Source of the DNA: Thermoanaerobaculia bacterium
Lineage (GTDB): Bacteria > Acidobacteriota > Thermoanaerobaculia > UBA5066
Reading direction: 5' to 3'
Assembly (NCBI GenBank): GCA_963719225.1
Contig: CAVRAY010000001.1
Coordinates: 352,001-416,000, forward strand
DNA length: 64,000 bases
Of this stretch, positions 57,948 to 64,000 are shown one piece after another. The position numbers and the translations under genes are program-made. The notes under the pieces were generated by a model. That model made no database searches. It worked only from the letters and a program-made list of their open reading frames with translations, and was not told the origin of the DNA. Each line of letters opens with the position of its first letter. Position 1 is the stretch's first letter.

Positions 57948-59653
57948 TCCGGCCGGAACGCGTCGACCGGACGCTCCTCCTGCTCCTCCTTCTCGCGATC
58001 CTTCTGCTCGTGCTCGAGCCCGGCGCCGTTCCGCTCTTCGAGCCGGACGAAGGCCGCTACGCCGAGATTCCGCGCGAGATGCTCGCCACCCGCGACTTCC
58101 TGACGCCGCGCCTGAACGGCGTCCTCTACTTCGAGAAGCCGCCGCTGTACTACTGGACGGTCGCCGCGTTGATCGCGCTCCTCGGCCCGACCGAGCTCGC
58201 CGTACGCCTGCCGGGGAAGCTCGCTGCGGTGTCGATGGTCCTCCTCGCCGTGGCCTTCGCGCGGCGACGCTGGGGCACGCGAACGGGCCTGCTCGCCGGC
58301 CTGATCCTCGCGACGTCCATCCTCCTCGTCGCTCTCGCGCGCATCGCGTTGATCGACCCGATGCTCTCGGCGTCTCTGGCGGCCGCGACGTTCGCCTTCA
58401 CGGCGTTCGCGGAGGCGGACGCCGCCGGAGAGAGCCGGCGCGCCCGGCGGGCGCTCTACGTCTTTCACGCCGCCTGCGCGGCGGCGGTCCTTCTCAAGGG
58501 TCTCGTCGGGGTCGTCCTGCCGGGAGGGGCGATCGTCCTCTGGACGCTCGTCACCGGGCAGTGGCGAACGCTGCGCCGCGTCTTTTCGCCGGGGCCCCTC
58601 GTCCTCTTCGCGATCCTCGCGGTGCCGTGGCACGTCGCGATGGCCTTCCGCCATTCGGACTTCCTGCAGTTCTATTTCGTGCACGAGCACTTCCAGCGCT
58701 TCGCGACGACGGAGCACCGGCGGGCGGGTCCCCCCGCCTATTTCATTCCGGTCCTCCTCGCGGGCTTCCTTCCGTGGACGGGATTCTTCGGGCGCTTCCG
58801 GGAGGCGTGGCCGGGGTTTTCCATCAGCGGGTGGCGCACGCGCGCGACCGAGGGCTTCCTCTGGATCTGGTCGATCCTCGTCTTCGCGTTCTTCTCGGCC
58901 TCTGGGTCGAAGCTCATCCCGTACGTCCTTCCGATCTGGCCCGCCCTTTCGGTCCTTCTCGCGCTCGGCATCGAGCGCGCGCGTCAGCGGGGCGCCGAGT
59001 TCCGTGCCGACCGGCGGATCACGGCGGCGTTCTTCGGACTCCTCTTCGCGGGCGCGGCGGCGTTCGGATGGGGAGCGGGTTTTCTCGACCGCTTCGGGAA
59101 GGGTCGCACCGGACTCCTCGCGCTCGTGGCTCTTCTCGGCGGTTTCGTCCTCAACGTCTCTCCTCGATTTTTCGGCGCGAGAAAAGGGGGAGATCCCGTC
59201 CTCGCCGTGGCGGCGCCGTGGCTCGCCTTCGTGGCGGGGCTTCTCGTCGTGCTCCCTGGTGCGGCTCGCGTGATCACGCCGTGGCCCATCGTCTCGCGCG
59301 CCCGGGAGATCCTGCGGGCGGACGATCTGCTCCTGCAGAAGGGCCACTACCTCGAGGTCCTTCCGTTCTATCTCGGGCGGCTGACGCCGATCGCCACGCT
59401 GGGCTGGAGCGAGCTCGATTTCGGGCGCTCGCACCCCGGAACCAAGGCGCTTTTTCCGACCGACGAAGACTTTGCCGCGGACTGGAACGGGAGCCGCCGG
59501 GTTCTCGTCGTCGCGCACCGGGATCAGCTCGCCGGATTCGGTCGGCCGCCGCTTTCCGGGACTCCTCCCGAGGTCCTCGCGCGGGAGGCGAACGGGAAGC
59601 ACTGGCTGCTCTCGAATCGGAGGATAGGATCAGGATCCAATAGTTTGGATTAA
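57944..59653 (+). CDS. ArnT-like (GT-C fold) glycosyltransferase
   Basis: 'PDEGRYAEIPREM', 'YFEKPPLYYW', 'LLKG', 'SKLIPYVLP'. Confidence 0.88.
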   Translation: MIRPERVDRTLLLLLLLAILLLVLEPGAVPLFEPDEGRYAEIPREMLATRDFLTPRLNGVLYFEKPPLYYWTVAALIALLGPTELAVRLPGKLAAVSMVLLAVAFARRRWGTRTGLLAGLILATSILLVALARIALIDPMLSASLAAATFAFTAFAEADAAGESRRARRALYVFHAACAAAVLLKGLVGVVLPGGAIVLWTLVTGQWRTLRRVFSPGPLVLFAILAVPWHVAMAFRHSDFLQFYFVHEHFQRFATTEHRRAGPPAYFIPVLLAGFLPWTGFFGRFREAWPGFSISGWRTRATEGFLWIWSILVFAFFSASGSKLIPYVLPIWPALSVLLALGIERARQRGAEFRADRRITAAFFGLLFAGAAAFGWGAGFLDRFGKGRTGLLALVALLGGFVLNVSPRFFGARKGGDPVLAVAAPWLAFVAGLLVVLPGAARVITPWPIVSRAREILRADDLLLQKGHYLEVLPFYLGRLTPIATLGWSELDFGRSHPGTKALFPTDEDFAADWNGSRRVLVVAHRDQLAGFGRPPLSGTPPEVLAREANGKHWLLSNRRIGSGSNSLD

Positions 59654-59732
59654 AAATCCTCCTTCGCGCCGCCTGGTCAGATTTCTCCCTTTGCCTGCAG
59701 TGCCTTACCGTCTGATAGGCTTTCACCCTCGG

Positions 59733-59748
59733 AGGCAGCGGAATTGCA
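59733..59748 (+). promoter_or_regulatory. Possible sigma54 (-24/-12) promoter
   Basis: AGGCAGCGGAATTGCA has GG-N10-GC spacing, upstream of the TonB-dependent receptor gene. Confidence 0.45.
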
Positions 59749-59983
59749 CCCGGTTTTGTGGTTTTCGTCACACCCTCGGACAAGGAGGGTGTGACGTAAG
59801 CTCCAAAAAGACCTCGGAGAGCTTTGCGGAGCGGTCAAACAGGAAACCAGAAATAGAGCCTCGGGTGAGCAAAACCAAACGCGAAAGGAGAGTACGAAGG
59901 ACTTCCACAGTACTGTCGAATCTCTACATCGAGTCCTTACGACAGGATCCCATTTTCGTTTCAATTCAGGAGGTAGATTGAAT

Positions 59984-62932
59984 ATGAAATCAAGTTGGCT
60001 GAGCACGTTCATGGTGCTCGCGCTCGCCGTCCTCGGTCTGACGGCGAACGTGGCCTACTCGCAGGTCACCGGCAACATGGTCGGGGCCGTCAGAGACAGC
60101 AACGGCGGCGGACTCCCGGGCGCCTCGGTCGAAATCAAGAGCCCGGCTCTCCAAGGGATGAGAACGGCCGTCACCGCGAGTGACGGCAGCTTCCGATTCT
60201 CGCAGCTCCCTCCCGGCGAATACCTAGTGACGTTCTCCCTCTCGGGTTTCTCCAAGGTCGAGAAGAAGGCTGCCGTGCAGCTCGACAAGACGGTCCACGT
60301 CGACGCGGCTCTTCAGATCAGCGTCAGGACGGAAGAGATCATCGTGACGGGCGAGGCGCCGGTCGTGGATGCCACATCCTCGTCATCCGGCGCGAACTTC
60401 ACGTCGGACTTCGTGAAGACGCTCCCCGTTGGGCGCAACTTCGCGGCTTTGGCCACGAAGACCCCGGGCGTCGTTCAGGGCTTTGGGGCGGACGCGGCGA
60501 ACTTCAACGTCTACGGCTCGACCGGCGCCGAGAACAGCTTCGTCATCGACGGCGTCGACACGACGGAGGCCCGCTACGGGCGCCAGGGCAAGGCGGTGAC
60601 ACAGGAGTTCATCCAGGAGATCGAGGTCAAGGCCGGCGCCTTCCAGGCCGAGTATGGCCACGCCCAGGGGGGCGTCCTGAACGCCATCACCAAATCGGGC
60701 GGAAACACATTCCACGGGGACGCATTCGGCTACTTCTCCGGCAAGCCGAACACCGCCGATGGCAGCGACATCTGGCAAGCGGAGGACAAGCACCTCCAGC
60801 AGAAGGCTGACTCCTTCGGCACGACCCGTTCCCAGACGGATCCGATCCGGAACACGGCGAACAACGACTTCGGCGCGGATCTCGGCGGCTTCTTCGTCAA
60901 GGACCGCATCTGGTTCTTCGGGGCGTACGACCGCGTCTACCAGGGGCGGACCGACTACCTGAACAAAGCGGCCGGCTCGTGCACGACGAGCCCCTGCCCG
61001 CCCGGCACGGGACCGGGCACCGGAACCCTGAGCGGGGCGTCGTTGCCCACCACGTTCGACCAGGACCTCTACGCCGGGAAGCTGACGTTCACGGCGGCCT
61101 CCTGGCTCACCTTGGTCGGCTCGATCTTCGGAGACCCGCAGACCCGCGCTCCCAATCTGGGCACGCCTCTGGCGGGCGCCTCCGTGGGTACGTACGCAGG
61201 GACGCAGAAGCTCGGCGGCGTTGACTACAGCGGCCGGGTTTCGGGCGTCGTCGGCTCGTCCTTCCTCTTCGAGGGGCAGGCGGCGAAGCACCAGGAGGAG
61301 AACACCCCAACCCCGGCGAACACGGCGGACCCCCGTATCCTCCCGACCATTCCGTCGGGGCTTCCGCGGCAGGGCGGGTTCGGCTTCTACGAGGCGGCCA
61401 AGTACAACCGGAATTACTTCAAGGCGAATGCGAGCCTCTTCGCGAACTTCCTCGGGTCGCACGAATTCAAGGGGGGCGGCGACTACGCCGACGTCCGGTC
61501 CGAGATCACCCGCCAGTACACGGGGCCGGCGGGAGCGAAGCAGGACATCTACACCCGAGTTTTCGTCGAGGGGACGGTCTACCAGCACGAGTACAACTCT
61601 ACGGGCCTGCGGAACGCCGCTGGGGACCCGATCGAGACGGACTCGAACCTGGCCCCGATCTCGCGCACGAACAACTACGGCCTCTTCATCCAGGACAAGT
61701 GGCAGGTGCTCCCGAACCTGACCTTGAACATCGGATTCCGCTACGAGGATCAGAAGGTCAAGGATGTGTTCGGCGCGACTCAGATCCACGTCGCGAACGA
61801 GCTGATGCCGCGCGTGGGCTTCGCCTGGGACTTCCTGGGCGGCGGAAAGTCGCGCCTCTACGGGAACTACGCGCGCTTCTACGAGACGATGCCGACGGAC
61901 ATCAACATCCGGGCTTACGGCTACGAGATCACGACGGCCGTCTACAACCAGGACATCAACAGCTTCCACGGCGACGCGAACGTCTGTGGCGCGGGGAAAT
62001 GGCACGACGCCGCGGGCAACGCCTACACGGTGTGCAGCGCCGGGCGCCAGAGCACGATCAAGACGGGCGGCAGCTTCGGCGAGCCGACTGAGCCCGGCAT
62101 CAAGGGCCAGTTCTCGGACGAATACACCCTCGGCGTCGAGTTCCAGCCCATCACCGACCTCTCGGTCGGCGCAAAGTACATCTACCGCAGCCTCGGCCGG
62201 GTGATCGAGGACGGCGGAACCGTGAACGCCGCCGGGGACCTCGAGTACTTCATCTTCAACCCTGGGGACACGTTCATCAGCCCCGCCTCCGGCGAACTCG
62301 TCGGGGGGGACTACGCGGACGTGCCCCCGCGGCGCTTCTACAGGGCCGTGCAGCTCACCGCCCAGAAGCGCTTCAGCAACAAGCTCCAGTTCATCTTCTC
62401 GTACACCTGGTCCAAGCTGGAGGGCAACTACGACGGCGTCTTCCAGACCTCTACGACGCAGCTCGACCCGAACATCAATTCGGCGTACGACTATCGCCGG
62501 TTCCTCGACCACGCGTACGGCTACCTCTCGAACGATCGGCGCCACACGTTCAAGCTCGACGGCTCGTACGTGACGCCGTTCGGCCTCACCGCCGGTCTCT
62601 CGGCCTACTACTACACCGGAACGCCGATCACCCAGTACGGCTACGACAATGACTACCGCAACTACGAGCTCTACCTCTCGGATCGTGGAACCGTGGGCCG
62701 CACGCCGGACGTCTACGACGCCGACCTCCACCTCAGCTACCAGTTCCCGGTCGGTCCGATCAAGATCCTCGTGGGCGCGGACGTCTTCAGCGTGTTCAAC
62801 ACGCAGAGGACCCTGGCCGTGGATCAACGCTACGACCTCGGGCCCGGAGGACCCCAGCAGGCCAACTACCTGCAACCCGTCCAGTTCACTCCGCGTCGTT
62901 CCCTCCGCCTGACCACGAGGGTGAGCTTCTAA
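59984..62932 (+). CDS. Oar-type TonB-dependent receptor
   Basis: AGGAGG RBS, signal peptide, carboxypeptidase-regulatory-like N-domain, plug ('IDGVD', 'AEYG...GGVLNAITKSG') and C-terminal Phe. Confidence 0.92.
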   Translation: MKSSWLSTFMVLALAVLGLTANVAYSQVTGNMVGAVRDSNGGGLPGASVEIKSPALQGMRTAVTASDGSFRFSQLPPGEYLVTFSLSGFSKVEKKAAVQLDKTVHVDAALQISVRTEEIIVTGEAPVVDATSSSSGANFTSDFVKTLPVGRNFAALATKTPGVVQGFGADAANFNVYGSTGAENSFVIDGVDTTEARYGRQGKAVTQEFIQEIEVKAGAFQAEYGHAQGGVLNAITKSGGNTFHGDAFGYFSGKPNTADGSDIWQAEDKHLQQKADSFGTTRSQTDPIRNTANNDFGADLGGFFVKDRIWFFGAYDRVYQGRTDYLNKAAGSCTTSPCPPGTGPGTGTLSGASLPTTFDQDLYAGKLTFTAASWLTLVGSIFGDPQTRAPNLGTPLAGASVGTYAGTQKLGGVDYSGRVSGVVGSSFLFEGQAAKHQEENTPTPANTADPRILPTIPSGLPRQGGFGFYEAAKYNRNYFKANASLFANFLGSHEFKGGGDYADVRSEITRQYTGPAGAKQDIYTRVFVEGTVYQHEYNSTGLRNAAGDPIETDSNLAPISRTNNYGLFIQDKWQVLPNLTLNIGFRYEDQKVKDVFGATQIHVANELMPRVGFAWDFLGGGKSRLYGNYARFYETMPTDINIRAYGYEITTAVYNQDINSFHGDANVCGAGKWHDAAGNAYTVCSAGRQSTIKTGGSFGEPTEPGIKGQFSDEYTLGVEFQPITDLSVGAKYIYRSLGRVIEDGGTVNAAGDLEYFIFNPGDTFISPASGELVGGDYADVPPRRFYRAVQLTAQKRFSNKLQFIFSYTWSKLEGNYDGVFQTSTTQLDPNINSAYDYRRFLDHAYGYLSNDRRHTFKLDGSYVTPFGLTAGLSAYYYTGTPITQYGYDNDYRNYELYLSDRGTVGRTPDVYDADLHLSYQFPVGPIKILVGADVFSVFNTQRTLAVDQRYDLGPGGPQQANYLQPVQFTPRRSLRLTTRVSF

Positions 62933-62961
62933 TCTTTTCTTCTTCCAAACCTCCCGGTCTC

Positions 62962-62989
62962 AGGGCCCCTTCGGGGGCCCTTTTCATTT
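62962..62989 (+). terminator. Intrinsic terminator
   Basis: AGGGCCCC-TTCG-GGGGCCCT stem-loop followed by TTTCATTT. Confidence 0.85.
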
Positions 62990-63008
62990 GGCTATCATCC
63001 GATCGGAG

Positions 63009-64000
63009 ATGGGTCAGCTCTTCGCGCAACCCCGGATGCGCCGGTTCCTCCTCGCTCTCTTCACGCTCTCCGGGGCCTTCTCGCCGCTCGCATGCAAGAA
63101 GTCGCCGAAGGCCGTCGCGCCGCAAGAGGTTGTCGCGCGCCGCATCCCCGTCGAGCTGGATGACCCGCCGCGGGAGTCCCGCTCTCGGGATAGCCGCCCC
63201 CGAGTCGTCCTGATCGGTCTCGACGGAGCCGACTGGACGATCCTGGACCGCCTCGCAGCGAATGGCGCGATGCCAAACGTGAACCGGCTCGTGCGCGAAG
63301 GTCGCTCGATGCGCCTGAGAAGCTTCGTCCCCCTCCTGTCTCCGGTCGTCTGGGCCACGATCGCGACCGGCGCGAGCCCGGCCGTCCACGGCGTCCTCGA
63401 TTTCCAGGAGGTGGAGCCGGGGACCGGAGCCATCACGCCGATCTCCGGCCGCTCGCGCCGCGTGCCCGCAGTCTGGAACGTCGCCTCGGCGCAGGGGCTG
63501 AAGGTCGGCGTGGTCGGGTGGTGGGCGACTCATCCGGCGGAAGAGGTGAACGGCTTCTTCGTCTCGGACCACGCCAGCTCGATCCTGTTCGAAGGTTCCA
63601 GGGACGCCATAACGTTTCCCCCGTCGCTTTCCGACGGCGTTCTGCATGTCGTGGAGGACGAGCGGCGGATCTCCGACGCGGACCTCGCCCCATACTTCAG
63701 GATGAGCGAGGAGGAACTGGCGGGCGCGAGGAGGCAGGGAGGCGGGTTGGAGAACCCGGTCGTGGCGATGGAGAAGATCCTCGCCGCGACGCGCACGGTG
63801 CAGCGGATCGCGCGGAGCCTCTACGACCGCGAGCGGCCCGAGCTGACCGCCGTCTATTTCGAGGGGACCGACTCGATCGGTCACGTCTTCGCGTCCTACG
63901 TCCCGCCCCGCCTTCCGTGCGTCTCGGACGAAGACTTCCGCCGTTACTCCCGAACGGTCGACGCCTACTACACGACCGTGGACCGCCTTCTCGGTCAGTG
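63009..64000 (+). CDS. Alkaline phosphatase-superfamily (NPP-like) lipoprotein, truncated at window end
   Basis: Manual translation gives lipobox 'PLAC', 'VVLIGLDGADW', 'LSPVVWATIATG', 'VYFEGTDSIGH'. Start could be ATG 63036. Confidence 0.82.
   Translation, partial: MGQLFAQPRMRRFLLALFTLSGAFSPLACKKSPKAVAPQEVVARRIPVELDDPPRESRSRDSRPRVVLIGLDGADWTILDRLAANGAMPNVNRLVREGRSMRLRSFVPLLSPVVWATIATGASPAVHGVLDFQEVEPGTGAITPISGRSRRVPAVWNVASAQGLKVGVVGWWATHPAEEVNGFFVSDHASSILFEGSRDAITFPPSLSDGVLHVVEDERRISDADLAPYFRMSEEELAGARRQGGGLENPVVAMEKILAATRTVQRIARSLYDRERPELTAVYFEGTDSIGHVFASYVPPRLPCVSDEDFRRYSRTVDAYYTTVDRLLGQ

Noticed and set aside
59830-59930. Possible c-di-GMP-I or cobalamin riboswitch before the TonB-dependent receptor
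   Set aside because: Only fragments such as GCAAAAC and GAAA are present. I could not build the required paired stems or a B12 box.

Overview
GC-rich bacterial window with about 60 protein-coding genes. I found no rRNA, tRNA, CRISPR array, transposase or integrase. The gene content (ECF sigma/Ser-Thr kinase pair, Oar-type TonB-dependent receptor, IPTL-CTERM protein, wHTH-FHA regulator) resembles Acidobacteriota, but that assignment is an inference. The main finding is an arsenic locus at 16.8-23.9 kb. A resistance operon (arsR-arsM-acr3-arsC, with two ArsR-type operators) converges on a second operon of three genes: a DUF2064/TIGR04282-like glycosyltransferase, an 832-aa radical SAM-ArsM methyltransferase fusion with a Cys-depleted SPASM-like region, and a PiT-family transporter. 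This is a candidate organoarsenical (arsenosugar-like) pathway. The glycosyltransferase ends in an RAPP arrest-like motif whose codons are complementary to the next gene's Shine-Dalgarno sequence. Other notable items: a short AT-rich inverted-repeat element sits in-frame in two unrelated ABC transporter genes; moaD and moaE are separated by a 7-kb signalling block; a uppS paralog is paired with a B12 radical SAM gene; and about 10 frameshifts are confined to 15.9-20.4 kb, probably assembly error. All functional calls come from reading motifs by eye; no database searches were run.
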